A stretch of DNA of 64,000 nucleotides from Patescibacteria group bacterium (GTDB lineage: Bacteria; Patescibacteriota; Minisyncoccia; Minisyncoccales; PEYH01): positions 50,301-114,300 of the forward strand of contig JAHIFQ010000015.1 of the NCBI GenBank assembly GCA_018900835.1, read 5' to 3'. Below, one piece after another: positions 18,618 to 28,659 of this stretch; the first letter of the stretch is position 1, and each line of letters starts with the position of its first letter. The position numbers and the translations under genes were made by a program. The notes beneath the pieces are model-generated. The model saw nothing but the letters and a program-made list of their open reading frames with translations, made no database searches and was not told where the DNA came from.

Positions 18618-19981
18618 TTAGCGAATTGCTTAACGAATTTTTGAAATTGGTCTCCCCTGTCTTTATAGTCCTTGAATATTCCAAAACTTGCGCAACCCGG
18701 AGACAGCGCGCAGATTCCTTTTCTGGCAGTATGTTGATAGCATGCCTTGACCGCATCTCTCATATTATCTACAAGAATAAATTTTGGTTTTTCATCTGTT
18801 TCACCCATTGTTTCCATAATGGCTTGCTTGATTCTCTTGCCTGCGGGCGGAAAAACAATAATTGTTTTAATGCGGTGTTTGATAATTATTTTGGCTAATG
18901 AAGAGAAATTCAGTCCCCTTTCATGGCCTCCCAATATAATGGTCTGTGGGTTGATGGCTTTTATAGCGCTTATGGCAGCGATTGGCTCGGTTGCAAAGCT
19001 GTCGTCATAAAAAATAATTTCTTTAAATTTTCCTATTTTCTGTAAACAATGCTTTTGAGTTCTGTAATCAGATATTGATTTTTTGATTTTTGAAAAAGGA
19101 ATATTAAATAAGCGGGCAGCGCATATTGCAGACATTATATCATATATGAAATGTTCTCCTTGCAGATGAATATCCTTCACTTTTGTAACCTTTTTTCCTT
19201 GATAAAATATTGCCTCTTGATTAAAATAGCAGTCGTTTGAATCATCTTTGCCAAAAGTGATTTTTCTGGCTTTGGTTTTTTCTGCTAAAGTTTTCAACCG
19301 AGGAGAATCAGAATTGAAAATAAAAAAATCGTTTTTTTTCTGCCAAAGGGTAATATTCTTTTTTGCCGCAAAGTATTCTTCGGTGTCTTTGTAATAATCT
19401 AAATGCCCCTCATGAATATTTAAAAATATTGCGATATATGGACTCACTTTTATATCCTCTAATTGATGAGAAGATATTTCAAAAATAAATGTTTTTTTGG
19501 ATTTTCCGTCTTTAAAATAGTTTAAAACCGGCTTCCCGATGTTCCCGATAAGCTCTGCCTCATGATTGCTTTCTTCAAAAATTTTATAAAGCAAGCTCAC
19601 AGTAGTGCCCTTGCCTTTTGTGGCGGTTACGCCGATAGTTTGTTTTGAATAATTTTGTAGAAAAATATCAGTTTGAGAGGCGATAGTTTGATTATTAGAA
19701 ATATATGGGGCGAATATTTTTCTAGAGATGCCCGGGGTTTTGATTATAACATCATAATCCCCTATTGATTTCAAATAATTATTCCCTAAATGCAGCTTTG
19801 TATTCTCATCTTTCTTGATTTTTCTTTTCAGAGTTTTTGATAATTCTCTAAACTCTAATTTATCTGCTAAGCCAATAATTTTATCAGGAAAAATTTTCCG
19901 TAGAAACTTAAAACTTGACTCTCCTTCTCGGCCAAGCCCTAAAATCAGAATTTTTTTGTTTTCAAGCTGTGTTAGCTTCAT
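18614..19981 (-). CDS. murD: UDP-N-acetylmuramoylalanine--glutamate ligase
   Basis: ILGLGREGES N-terminus, GVTATKGKGTT P-loop. Mur ligase architecture. Confidence 0.8.
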   Translation of the reverse strand: MKLTQLENKKILILGLGREGESSFKFLRKIFPDKIIGLADKLEFRELSKTLKRKIKKDENTKLHLGNNYLKSIGDYDVIIKTPGISRKIFAPYISNNQTIASQTDIFLQNYSKQTIGVTATKGKGTTVSLLYKIFEESNHEAELIGNIGKPVLNYFKDGKSKKTFIFEISSHQLEDIKVSPYIAIFLNIHEGHLDYYKDTEEYFAAKKNITLWQKKNDFFIFNSDSPRLKTLAEKTKARKITFGKDDSNDCYFNQEAIFYQGKKVTKVKDIHLQGEHFIYDIMSAICAARLFNIPFSKIKKSISDYRTQKHCLQKIGKFKEIIFYDDSFATEPIAAISAIKAINPQTIILGGHERGLNFSSLAKIIIKHRIKTIIVFPPAGKRIKQAIMETMGETDEKPKFILVDNMRDAVKACYQHTARKGICALSPGCASFGIFKDYKDRGDQFQKFVKQFAK

Positions 19982-21234
19982 CTCTTTATTGTTTCGCTTA
20001 TTTTTTTCAGAACAATAGGTAGGTTGTGCCTTTCTTTTTCAATACAGGACTTAATTATTTTCTTTGATTCAGAGATTGTTCCCACGCATTCAAATGGCTT
20101 AAACGCTTTTTCCCCAATCAATTGCTCCATCAATGGGACAAGCTTTTTGTCTTCAAAAAGGTTTTTTCCAAATATTTTTATCATGTCTTTTTTTTCCACA
20201 AAAGCATAAAGAGCGCTGAACACAAATAGGCATTTTGCGCACTTCCCGCACCATCTCTTGGATGCGTTTTTTGTTTTATACGCATTATTGCAACTTAAAA
20301 AAAATGGGTGATATTGTTTTAATCCAGCAAATTTTTTGATAATCTCTATTTCTGACAACTTCCTCAATGGGCTGTAAATCTTAATATTTTTCAAAAGATA
20401 TTTTTTAGCGTAATTTTGCATCATTTTTTCAAATTCAGATGACTTTGACCATTGATGGTTTATCCATTTGCCTTGGTATTTTACATTTCCTTCGTCAGCG
20501 CTTTTTTCCCATGAAAAAGCAATAGTCCCGTAGTCAAATATTTCCGCCAAAAGGATAGACAAGAAAGAAAGAAACGCTGAAAAAGGCACATGGCCATTTA
20601 AGAGCCCTTTCTTGTTAAGGGCGAAGAGCTTGCTATCTAACTTTCTTTCAATAAAAATATTTTCTTTAAGCCGAGCGATTCTTATAATATCTTTTTGCGG
20701 TTTAATAGCATTGAGGACAAATGAGCCAATATTCTTTTTTTGTTTGTCAAGCATTTTTAGCGTTACTGGAGCGTCTTTTCCCCCGCCAATAGGAACCAGA
20801 ACCCTTTTATTATTCAGCTTTTTCTCTAATGGTTTGAATTGTGGTTTGTTTTTATTTACTATTATTTCTAAAAATTTTGGTTTTCTGAAATCAATTTTAT
20901 TTTCATAAAAATACTGGCCCATTCCATTGATAATGATTCTTTTTAAAAAAGTAATCTGTTGTTTATCAAGATTGCCTGCCTCAATCTTTATTATCGGAGA
21001 GCAGGTCAATTTCCAATAATTGAGCATTTCAATCAATCCAAGATGGAATACTAAATTATCAATATCTTTGAGTTCTGATTTCTCAATGTTCTTGATTATG
21101 ATTTCTGTCGTAAATTTCAAATCCGGGTTAATTGAAAAATTAAACCAGATTTTCAAATCTGTTCCGACTGTTTTATAGTCAAATCCCTTATAAACAAATT
21201 CTTTATGCTTTTTTTGGATTTCTCCGGCGTTCAT
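19978..21234 (-). CDS. Unknown PP-loop-like ATPase-fold protein with C-terminal Cys motif, translationally coupled to murD (candidate MurL-like glycopeptidyl-glutamate epimerase)
   Basis: VPIGGGKDAP (degenerate SGGxDS PP-loop), C-terminal CGKCAKC. 4-nt overlap with murD start inside the dcw cluster. Confidence 0.3.
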   Translation of the reverse strand: MNAGEIQKKHKEFVYKGFDYKTVGTDLKIWFNFSINPDLKFTTEIIIKNIEKSELKDIDNLVFHLGLIEMLNYWKLTCSPIIKIEAGNLDKQQITFLKRIIINGMGQYFYENKIDFRKPKFLEIIVNKNKPQFKPLEKKLNNKRVLVPIGGGKDAPVTLKMLDKQKKNIGSFVLNAIKPQKDIIRIARLKENIFIERKLDSKLFALNKKGLLNGHVPFSAFLSFLSILLAEIFDYGTIAFSWEKSADEGNVKYQGKWINHQWSKSSEFEKMMQNYAKKYLLKNIKIYSPLRKLSEIEIIKKFAGLKQYHPFFLSCNNAYKTKNASKRWCGKCAKCLFVFSALYAFVEKKDMIKIFGKNLFEDKKLVPLMEQLIGEKAFKPFECVGTISESKKIIKSCIEKERHNLPIVLKKISETIKR

Positions 21235-21368
21235 TTTGCCTTTTTATTTAGTTAACTATTTTTTAATTCTATCATTTTACCCCTAAATGTCTATTAAGAT
21301 TGATATTAAAATAGAATTGCCCCGACCTTGCGTCGGGGCAAAACTATTTTCGTAACTTAGATTACCGA

Positions 21369-21566
21369 TTAAATTCGGGTTACTTTCACCGCATTTTCTC
21401 CTTTTGGAGAATCAGCTTTTTCGAAAGATACTTTATCACCTTCTCTAAGCTCATCATAGCTTACGCCAACGAGCTCATTACCGTGAAAAAATAAATCTTT
21501 CTCTTCGCCTTCGATTGCAATGAATCCGAATCCCTTATCAGTAAGTTTTTTGATTGTTCCTTCCAT
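21369..21566 (-). CDS. Cold-shock protein (CspA family)
   Basis: KGFGFI (RNP1) and FFHGNEL (RNP2-like) motifs. 65 aa. Long A/T-rich 5'UTR 21567-21741. Confidence 0.85.
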   Translation of the reverse strand: MEGTIKKLTDKGFGFIAIEGEEKDLFFHGNELVGVSYDELREGDKVSFEKADSPKGENAVKVTRI

Positions 21567-21741
21567 ATAAGTAAAGATTAGATTAATTTATAATTTTTTA
21601 AGAGTTCATCCAAAAAGGATTCACTCTAAAGATTAGCGTCCTCAAGAAACTCGACGACTTTTCACTAGACAACTATACTTGTACGTACAGGATAGCACAG
21701 CAATTAAATCTTGTCAAATTTTTTACAAAGAAATACCCTTT

Positions 21742-22833
21742 TTAGCCCAGCAAACGGATGGCGACTCCGATAATGGCGGCAATTAGGCCGATGACCCAGA
21801 ACCTCATTGTGATTTTGTAATGTGGCCAGCCCTTAGCTTCAAAGTGATAATGAAGCGGAGCAGCCAGAAAAATTTTGCGTTTGAGAAATTTTTTTGATAA
21901 TTGTTGAAGTATAACTGAACCAGCTTCTGCCACTAAAAGAAGTCCAATAATCGGCAAAACCAAAACCGAATCAGTAAGAAAAGCTACGACCGTAAGGGCA
22001 GTGCAAAGCCCCATTGTCCCTGACTCTCCCATATAGAATCTGGCAGGAGGGATATTAAACCAGAGAAATGCGAGTAAAGCGCCTGCAACTACTGCGCAAA
22101 AAGCAGCGACATCTATCTGCCCTCTGAAAAGAGCAATAATAGCGTAAGCCCCAAAGATTGTTGAAAAACTGCTTCCAGCCAGACCGTCTATTCCATCTAT
22201 CACTCCCCCAGCATATACAGCCATCATTACAAACACGAAAAATGGAATATACCAAGCGCCTATTAATAATTCTCCATTTCCAGGGATGTGCAAACTTATC
22301 CATCCGAGCTTTGAGTAAAACCACCATCCGCCTATTAGCCCTATTAAAAAAACTGAACCTAAGCGGTATTTTAAACTTAATCCACCGCCAATGTATTTCC
22401 CTTTGCCCCTCACCTGAAGCAGGTCATCTACTAATCCAACGATTGATGCTGCTACCATTGCAAATAAAGGCAACCAGGTCTGGGAACGGCTTAAAAAATT
22501 TAATTTTTGGATAAATGTGCCGTTAAATTCAGTCAAAAGAAAAAATACAACTGCCAATATCGGCGGAATGGTCCAAATCAAAATTCCTCCCAACCGAGGA
22601 GTTTTTACTTCTTGGTCTGAATGAAATTTTTTAAATACAGGCATTTCTTTCCCATCAATAGATTTCTCCCTGCCTGTTTTTTTCCAAAGTTTGTACTTAT
22701 AAAGAAAGTGAGTAAGAAAAGGCGTCGCTAATATTGCGACGATAAAAGAGATGGCTCCTAATGTTAAAATTTTAAGCACACTAAATGTAAGGTCAGCATT
22801 CTGAAGGTTTTGAATTATGCTTATCCCTACCAT
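21742..22833 (-). CDS. mraY: Phospho-N-acetylmuramoyl-pentapeptide transferase
   Basis: Multi-TM. VDDLLQVRGK and MGESGTMGL (MGDxGS-like) motifs. Confidence 0.8.
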   Translation of the reverse strand: MVGISIIQNLQNADLTFSVLKILTLGAISFIVAILATPFLTHFLYKYKLWKKTGREKSIDGKEMPVFKKFHSDQEVKTPRLGGILIWTIPPILAVVFFLLTEFNGTFIQKLNFLSRSQTWLPLFAMVAASIVGLVDDLLQVRGKGKYIGGGLSLKYRLGSVFLIGLIGGWWFYSKLGWISLHIPGNGELLIGAWYIPFFVFVMMAVYAGGVIDGIDGLAGSSFSTIFGAYAIIALFRGQIDVAAFCAVVAGALLAFLWFNIPPARFYMGESGTMGLCTALTVVAFLTDSVLVLPIIGLLLVAEAGSVILQQLSKKFLKRKIFLAAPLHYHFEAKGWPHYKITMRFWVIGLIAAIIGVAIRLLG

Positions 22834-23840
22834 ACGAAAGCAGTATTAATCCAATTAATAATATTTTCCATATCCTTGAATCGGTCGCTTGACCCTAATA
22901 CTATATTTATAACATGCCCACCATTTTTCGGTTGAGGCATTATCACTAACAGGCATTGCCCGGCAATTGGAGTTTGCCCTGTTTTGGCTCCGAATGTATT
23001 GGGGAATTCGCTAAGTAATTTATTGGTGCTTATCGCTTCATGATGAACCCGTCCGTTAGCAAGAGTAATTGGGTATTTTGGGTTTCTAGTAATCTCAAAT
23101 ATTCTTGCTATCTCGGGATTCGTATCTGCTTCTTGAAGAATATGTCTTACCATCATTGCTAAATCATTCGCAGTTGAATAATTATATCCTCCTCCAAAAA
23201 AATCAGGGTCCAGACCAATCGGGTCTATAAAATGAGTGTATTTCAAGCCGATTTCCTTAACTTTTTTATTCATAAGATTGACAAACTGTTGTTCTCCCAT
23301 AATTTCTGCTAAAGCTCTGGCAGCATCGTTGCTTGATTCAATAAGAATTGAGTGAAGCAATTGGTCAACAGTGAATTTTTCACCCACCCAGAATCCGCCA
23401 ATAATTTCTTCAGTGTCAACAGCTCTTTGGGATATAACAACCTCTTGGTCAAGCTCATAATTCTGCAGAACAATATAGGCAGTGAGCAGTTTAGTCAAGC
23501 TGGCGATTGGCATTATTTCGTCAGGCGACTTATCAAATATCATTCGTGGGCTCCCAGAATCAGTCACTAAACTTATGGCTGATTTGGCTTTCAGTCCCTC
23601 CAATTCTCCTGTTTTCCAATTCCTAAACGGTTTTAAAAAAGAATAATCCACTGGCGCGCTCACCACGGCAGCAGTATAAATATCTTTCGTTTTTTTCCAA
23701 TAAAGATATTCATTGGCAATTTTTCCCAAAGCAATACTCCCTGAAATTGAGGCGAGCAATAATCCTCCTGCCACAATATTTTTGGTTTTTGGTAGGTTAA
23801 ACTTAAATTTTGCCTTTGGATACCAGGTTTCCAAATTCAT
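22827..23840 (-). CDS. D-alanyl-D-alanine carboxypeptidase (S11, PBP5-like)
   Basis: SxxK (ASLTK), SxN (SSND), KTG (AKTGQT) active-site triad motifs. Confidence 0.75.
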   Translation of the reverse strand: MNLETWYPKAKFKFNLPKTKNIVAGGLLLASISGSIALGKIANEYLYWKKTKDIYTAAVVSAPVDYSFLKPFRNWKTGELEGLKAKSAISLVTDSGSPRMIFDKSPDEIMPIASLTKLLTAYIVLQNYELDQEVVISQRAVDTEEIIGGFWVGEKFTVDQLLHSILIESSNDAARALAEIMGEQQFVNLMNKKVKEIGLKYTHFIDPIGLDPDFFGGGYNYSTANDLAMMVRHILQEADTNPEIARIFEITRNPKYPITLANGRVHHEAISTNKLLSEFPNTFGAKTGQTPIAGQCLLVIMPQPKNGGHVINIVLGSSDRFKDMENIINWINTAFVW

Positions 23841-23845
23841 TTGGT

Positions 23846-25273
23846 CTAATCTTTTTTTATTATTTTAATTCCGAGTTCTCTTAACTGGTTATCTGAAACA
23901 GAAGAAGGAGCGTCCATTACAGAGGTGATGCCAGAAGTAGCAGTTGGAAAAGCAACTGTTTCCCTGATGCTCTTTTCGTTGAGTATGGTTTGTAATAGCC
24001 GATCAAATCCCGCGGCAATTCCTCCATGAGGCGGAACGCCATATTCAAATGCTTCTAAAATGTGTCCGAACCTTTCTTCTACTGCTTCTGGTTTATGCCC
24101 CAAGACCTCAAATGTTTTCTTTAAAACTTCTCTCTCGTGGGTTCTTATTGAACCGCCCATTACTTCCACTCCATTTAATGCCAAGTCGTATTGTTTAGCA
24201 ATCAACCCAAGAACCTCTTTTCTTCCTTTTGGGCTCCTCAATTCCTCAACGCTCATTGTTTTGAATTTTTTAAGGTCTTCATCGCCAAGCGCAGTAAATG
24301 GGTGGTGGACTGCGTCGATTGAACCATCTTCAAGAACCTCAAACATTGGAAAGTCCAATACCCAACAAAAAGCTAATTCTCCACTCTCCTTATCTTTCCT
24401 TAAATCCGGTTTATCGCTTTTATATTTTTTCATCGCTTCTGCGTATGTGATTCTTGGGAAAGGTTTTTCTTGTATCTTTTTATTAAAAATATTTTCTGCT
24501 AAATCAATCATCATTTCTTCTATTAGGGCAAAAACATCTTCTTGTTCCACAAAACTCATTTCTATATCCATTTGCGTATGTTCAAATAACCGGTCAGCCC
24601 TTAAATCCTCGTCTCTAAACACATGGGGAAATTGGAAATATTTTTCAACACCAGCCACCATCAGTAATTGCTTATATTGCTGTGGGCTTTGAGGCAAGGC
24701 ATAAAATTTTCCTGACTGTAGGCGGGAAGGCACCAAAAAATCCCTTGCTCCTTCTGGCGTTGACTTAGTCAAAATCGGGGTTTCAATTTCAAGAAATCCC
24801 CTGTCACTCAAAAAGTTTCTCATAAAAATAGCTGTCTTTTGGCGGGCAATCAGATTGTTTTTCATTCGCTCTCTTCGCAAGTCAAGATACCTGTATTTTA
24901 ATCGCTTTTCTTCTTTAATTTCATAGCCATCATTGTCAATCGGGAAAGGCAGTGTTTTTGCTTCAGACAAAACATTGATTTCTTCGGCACATAATTCTAT
25001 TGCCCCTGTCTCAATATTCTTATTCTCGGTATTGCCTTCTCGTTTTTTGATTGTTCCAGTTATTTCAATCACCCATTCTGGCCTTAATTTTTTCGCTGTT
25101 TCTAAAATACTTCCGCTTAAGTTGGGCAAAAAAATCACCTGCAAAAGCCCAGACCTGTCCCGCAAATCAATAAAAATCAGTTTTCCGTGCGAACGGTATG
25201 TGTGAATCCATCCTGATACTTTCACTTTTTCGCCAATATGTTGCGAGGTCTCTGCAATAAGCGTCCTTTTCAT
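23846..25273 (-). CDS. aspS: Aspartyl-tRNA synthetase, compact (archaeal/non-discriminating-type, no GAD insertion)
   Basis: FLEIETPILTKSTPEGARDFLVPSR, FRDEDLRADR. N-terminal OB fold. 475 aa. Confidence 0.8.
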   Translation of the reverse strand: MKRTLIAETSQHIGEKVKVSGWIHTYRSHGKLIFIDLRDRSGLLQVIFLPNLSGSILETAKKLRPEWVIEITGTIKKREGNTENKNIETGAIELCAEEINVLSEAKTLPFPIDNDGYEIKEEKRLKYRYLDLRRERMKNNLIARQKTAIFMRNFLSDRGFLEIETPILTKSTPEGARDFLVPSRLQSGKFYALPQSPQQYKQLLMVAGVEKYFQFPHVFRDEDLRADRLFEHTQMDIEMSFVEQEDVFALIEEMMIDLAENIFNKKIQEKPFPRITYAEAMKKYKSDKPDLRKDKESGELAFCWVLDFPMFEVLEDGSIDAVHHPFTALGDEDLKKFKTMSVEELRSPKGRKEVLGLIAKQYDLALNGVEVMGGSIRTHEREVLKKTFEVLGHKPEAVEERFGHILEAFEYGVPPHGGIAAGFDRLLQTILNEKSIRETVAFPTATSGITSVMDAPSSVSDNQLRELGIKIIKKD

Positions 25274-25287
25274 ATTGATGTATTATA

Positions 25288-25647
25288 TTAAATTAATTTT
25301 TTAACTAATTCCACAAGTTCTGTCGGCGTATAATCGGTTTTTAGGAAATAATCAGTTGCGCCCAGTTCCTTGGCTTTCTGTCGATATTCCTTGCCTTCTA
25401 AATTAGAAAGAATGAGAACAGGGATTTTATTTCCGGACTTGCGTAATCTTTCCAGATACAAAAGACCATTTTCTGCTGGAAGAATGATGTCCAAAACCAT
25501 TAAATCAATATCTTCATTTTTTAAGATTTCATCCCCGTCTTTGGAGGTTATCGCAGTGATGACTGTTATGTCTTTTGTTTCCCGAAACTTAGTGACATAA
25601 ATATCTCTCGTCATCTTTTCATCCTCAACCAAAAGTATCTTCTTCAT
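25288..25647 (-). CDS. Stand-alone response-regulator receiver (CheY-like REC) domain protein
   Basis: LLVEDE...DLMVLDIILP...K architecture. 119 aa. Confidence 0.75.
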   Translation of the reverse strand: MKKILLVEDEKMTRDIYVTKFRETKDITVITAITSKDGDEILKNEDIDLMVLDIILPAENGLLYLERLRKSGNKIPVLILSNLEGKEYRQKAKELGATDYFLKTDYTPTELVELVKKLI

Positions 25648-25734
25648 ATTTTTGGACGCTCCCCCAAGCGTTTGCTAATGTTTATTTATTTTACACGAAA
25701 TCAAAAAAAACGCCAGTACAATTAAGCAATGATA

Positions 25735-25762
25735 TTGCGAAAATTAGGAGTTTTGCTATAAT
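25735..25762 (+). promoter_or_regulatory. Sigma70-like promoter TTGCGA-16-TGcTATAAT (extended -10) for valS
   Basis: -35 at 25735-25740, -10 at 25757-25762 with TG at -15/-14. TTG start at 25773. Confidence 0.5.
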
Positions 25763-25772
25763 TGAATTACTT

Positions 25773-28145
25773 TTGAAAAATATGCAGAAACAATATGATT
25801 TTAAAAAACAGGAACTGAAATGGCAAAAGTTCTGGGAAAAAGAGGGCTTATACAAATTTAATCCTAAAAAATCAGGCAAGATTTTTTCCATAGACACAGA
25901 CCCGCCTACTTTGAGCGGGAAAATGCATATTGGCCATGTTTCTTCATACACACACGAGGATATTATCGCCCGCTATCACAGGATGAAAGGAGAAAACGTC
26001 TTTTTTCCTTTTGGGGTTGATAATAATGGCCTGCCAACTGAAAAATTGGTTGAGTCTATTAATGGCGTTACTTTGTTTGAGGTTGGCAGGAAGAATTTTG
26101 TTCAGCTTTGCCAAAAAACGATTAGCAAGATTTTGCCGGAATTTGTCTCTGGTTGGAAAAGAATTGGCGCATCTTGTGATTTCTCAAACATTTACTCAAC
26201 CATTAGTCCAGAAGTACAGAAAATCAGCCAACAGCACTTTTTGGAACTTTTTAAACAAAATAGGATATACCAGAAAGAATCCCCTACTCTTTTCTGCCCG
26301 TCTTGCCAAACCGCCATTGCGCAGGCAGAACTTGAAGACAAGGAAAAGCAAACTATTTTTAATGATATATATTTTGAACTGGAAAACAAAAAGAAAATAA
26401 TAATTTCAACTACTCGGCCAGAGCTTTTGCCAAGCTGTGTTGCTCTTTTCGTTCATCCGCAAGACAAAAGATATATGGATTTAGTCGGAAAAACCGTTAT
26501 TGTCCCGCTTTTTAAGCAAAAAGTTAAAATTTTACAAGATAACAAAGTTGATAGAGAAAAAGGAAGCGGAATTGTAATGTGCTGCACATTTGGAGATACC
26601 GCTGATTTGGATTGGTATTTTAAACATAATTTACCTTTAAGAATATCAATTACCAAGCAGGGAGAACTTAATGAGCTTGCCAAAGAGTTTAAAGGATTTT
26701 CTGTAAAGTCAGCGCGCAAGATGATTATAGAAAAACTTAAAGAAAAGGGACTGCTGGCTTCCCAGAAGACCATCAATCATTCGGTTAATGTCCACGAGAG
26801 ATGCGGGACAGAAATAGAGATTCTGCCTACCAAGCAATGGTTCATAAAGTATCTTGATTTAAAGGAGCAGTTTTTAAAACAATCGGATAAATTGAATTGG
26901 TATCCCAAATATATGAAAATCCGATTGGATAATTGGATTAATGGCCTGCGTTGGGACTGGTGTATTTCAAGACAGAGATATTTTGGTATTCCAATACCAG
27001 CTTGGCATTGCAAAAAATGCGGAAAAGTTATTACAGCGTCAATCAATGACTTACCAGTTGACCCGCTTCACTCAAACCCTACAAAAAAGTGCAGCTGTGG
27101 GAGCAATGAATTTGTTCCAGAAACAGATGTTTTGGACACTTGGGCAACAAGTTCTCTTTCCCCGCAAATTGCCTTGTCTTTAGTAAAAGACAAGAAAACA
27201 AGAGAGAAAATATTTCCAATGTCTTTGAGGCCACAGGCACATGATATTATTAATTTTTGGTTATTTTATACACTTGCCCGTTCTTATCTGCATTACAAAA
27301 AACTTCCATGGCATGATGTTTTTATCTCTGGACATGTTCTTGATTCAAAAGGAGAAAAAATGTCTAAATCAAAAGGCAATACAATAGACCCTGAAACGAT
27401 TCTGGAAGAATATGGCACTGATGCTGTTCGCTATTGGGCAAGCCAAGCAGGAATGGGAGATGATTTTAGATTCAGCGAAGAGGAAATCCGACAAGGCAAA
27501 AGGACTGCTACCAAGATTTGGAATGCTTCCAGATTCGCGCTTATGCATTTGACAAATTATTCATTGAAAAGCAGTGATGCCAAAAATTTGGAAGATGAGG
27601 ATAAATGGATTCTCACAAAACTAAATACTACTGTTAAGGATTATGTTAGCAAAATGGATTCATATCAATATCCGAGAGCCAAGGAGATTATAGACAGCTT
27701 TTTCTGGAAGGATTTTTGCGATAATTATCTTGAAATTGTGAAAACAAGGGTTTATGAGCCGAAAAACGAGGAAACATTAAAAGCAGCACAATTTACGATT
27801 TATATCGTTGTCTTAGGAATATTAAAACTTTATGCGCCAATTATGCCTTTTGTAACAGAGGAAGTGTATCAGGATTATTTCAGAAAAACAGAAAAAACAA
27901 AAAGTATACATTTAACGCTTTTGCCGAATATAGAGAAACAGTTTAATTTCCCAACAGTTGCCAGCGATTTTGAAACAGCGGTTGATGCTATTGCCCAAAT
28001 CAGAAAATACAAATCAGAGAACCAACTCTCAATGAAGGCAGAGATTGAGTCGGTGTCAATAAAAGTCAAAAACAAAACAAAAATAAAAAAATACTTGCCC
28101 TTGATTAGCAAATTAATGTCAGTTAAGGCGATAAAATTAGTATAA
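25773..28145 (+). CDS. valS: Valyl-tRNA synthetase (compact)
   Basis: HIGH (KMHIGHVSSY), WCISRQRYFG, KMSKSKGN, KIWNASRFALMH (ValRS-type). 790 aa. Confidence 0.75.
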   Translation: MKNMQKQYDFKKQELKWQKFWEKEGLYKFNPKKSGKIFSIDTDPPTLSGKMHIGHVSSYTHEDIIARYHRMKGENVFFPFGVDNNGLPTEKLVESINGVTLFEVGRKNFVQLCQKTISKILPEFVSGWKRIGASCDFSNIYSTISPEVQKISQQHFLELFKQNRIYQKESPTLFCPSCQTAIAQAELEDKEKQTIFNDIYFELENKKKIIISTTRPELLPSCVALFVHPQDKRYMDLVGKTVIVPLFKQKVKILQDNKVDREKGSGIVMCCTFGDTADLDWYFKHNLPLRISITKQGELNELAKEFKGFSVKSARKMIIEKLKEKGLLASQKTINHSVNVHERCGTEIEILPTKQWFIKYLDLKEQFLKQSDKLNWYPKYMKIRLDNWINGLRWDWCISRQRYFGIPIPAWHCKKCGKVITASINDLPVDPLHSNPTKKCSCGSNEFVPETDVLDTWATSSLSPQIALSLVKDKKTREKIFPMSLRPQAHDIINFWLFYTLARSYLHYKKLPWHDVFISGHVLDSKGEKMSKSKGNTIDPETILEEYGTDAVRYWASQAGMGDDFRFSEEEIRQGKRTATKIWNASRFALMHLTNYSLKSSDAKNLEDEDKWILTKLNTTVKDYVSKMDSYQYPRAKEIIDSFFWKDFCDNYLEIVKTRVYEPKNEETLKAAQFTIYIVVLGILKLYAPIMPFVTEEVYQDYFRKTEKTKSIHLTLLPNIEKQFNFPTVASDFETAVDAIAQIRKYKSENQLSMKAEIESVSIKVKNKTKIKKYLPLISKLMSVKAIKLV

Positions 28146-28173
28146 TTTCCATATATTAATATTACAAAATAAA

Positions 28174-28199
28174 AACAGCGGAGGACCCGCTGTTTTTAT
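28174..28199. terminator. Bidirectional rho-independent terminator (AACAGCGG-loop-CCGCTGTT flanked by A- and T-runs)
   Basis: 8-bp GC stem, T-tract 28193-28199. Confidence 0.6.
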
Positions 28200-28305
28200 T
28201 ATTTCATCTTTTGATAATTCAGTATTTCATTTTCATTGATTGTTTGACAAGCGATAGGGTTTCTGTTGCTCTTTATTGATGTCTGTTGAGGAAATAAGGA
28301 TATAG

Positions 28306-28659
28306 TTAAAGTAGTTTTTTCCTGCCTTTTTGGATTTGTGCCACAAGTGGTTTGAGCGGAGATAAATCTTCTTTGATCGTTTTCCAAAGAACTTTTTTAT
28401 CCACGCCGAAATATTCGTGTACTAATTTATTGCGCATTCCGGTCATAATTTTCCATGGAATATCAGAATGTTGTTTTTTTATATCTGAAGGGATACGCCT
28501 TGCAGCCTCGCCTATTATTTCGAAGTTTCTAATAGTTGCGTCTACTGTCTTAAGGTCTTTTGAGAATTCGCTAAAATCTAATTTTTCCGTATATCTTTCT
28601 ATTTTTTCTATTGCCTCAAGAATATCATCAATATATACTTTATAATCCCTTTCAGACAT
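28306..28659 (-). CDS. hepT: HepT-like HEPN toxin (DUF86) of a type VII TA pair
   Basis: RNKLVHEY (Rx4-6H HEPN motif). Likely start at MSERDYK. Overlaps mntA stop by 8 nt. Confidence 0.7.
   Translation of the reverse strand: MSERDYKVYIDDILEAIEKIERYTEKLDFSEFSKDLKTVDATIRNFEIIGEAARRIPSDIKKQHSDIPWKIMTGMRNKLVHEYFGVDKKVLWKTIKEDLSPLKPLVAQIQKGRKKLL

Noticed and set aside
21567-21741. Independent ncRNA between csp and mraY
   Set aside because: Cold-shock genes typically have long structured 5'UTRs. Most parsimonious as the csp leader.
25648-25772. T-box leader upstream of valS
   Set aside because: The leader is only ~125 nt and is taken up by a promoter close to the start. No specifier/antiterminator structure is visible.
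28199-28387. 62-aa ORF downstream of valS
   Set aside because: Overlaps the HepT 3' end and terminator region. No support.
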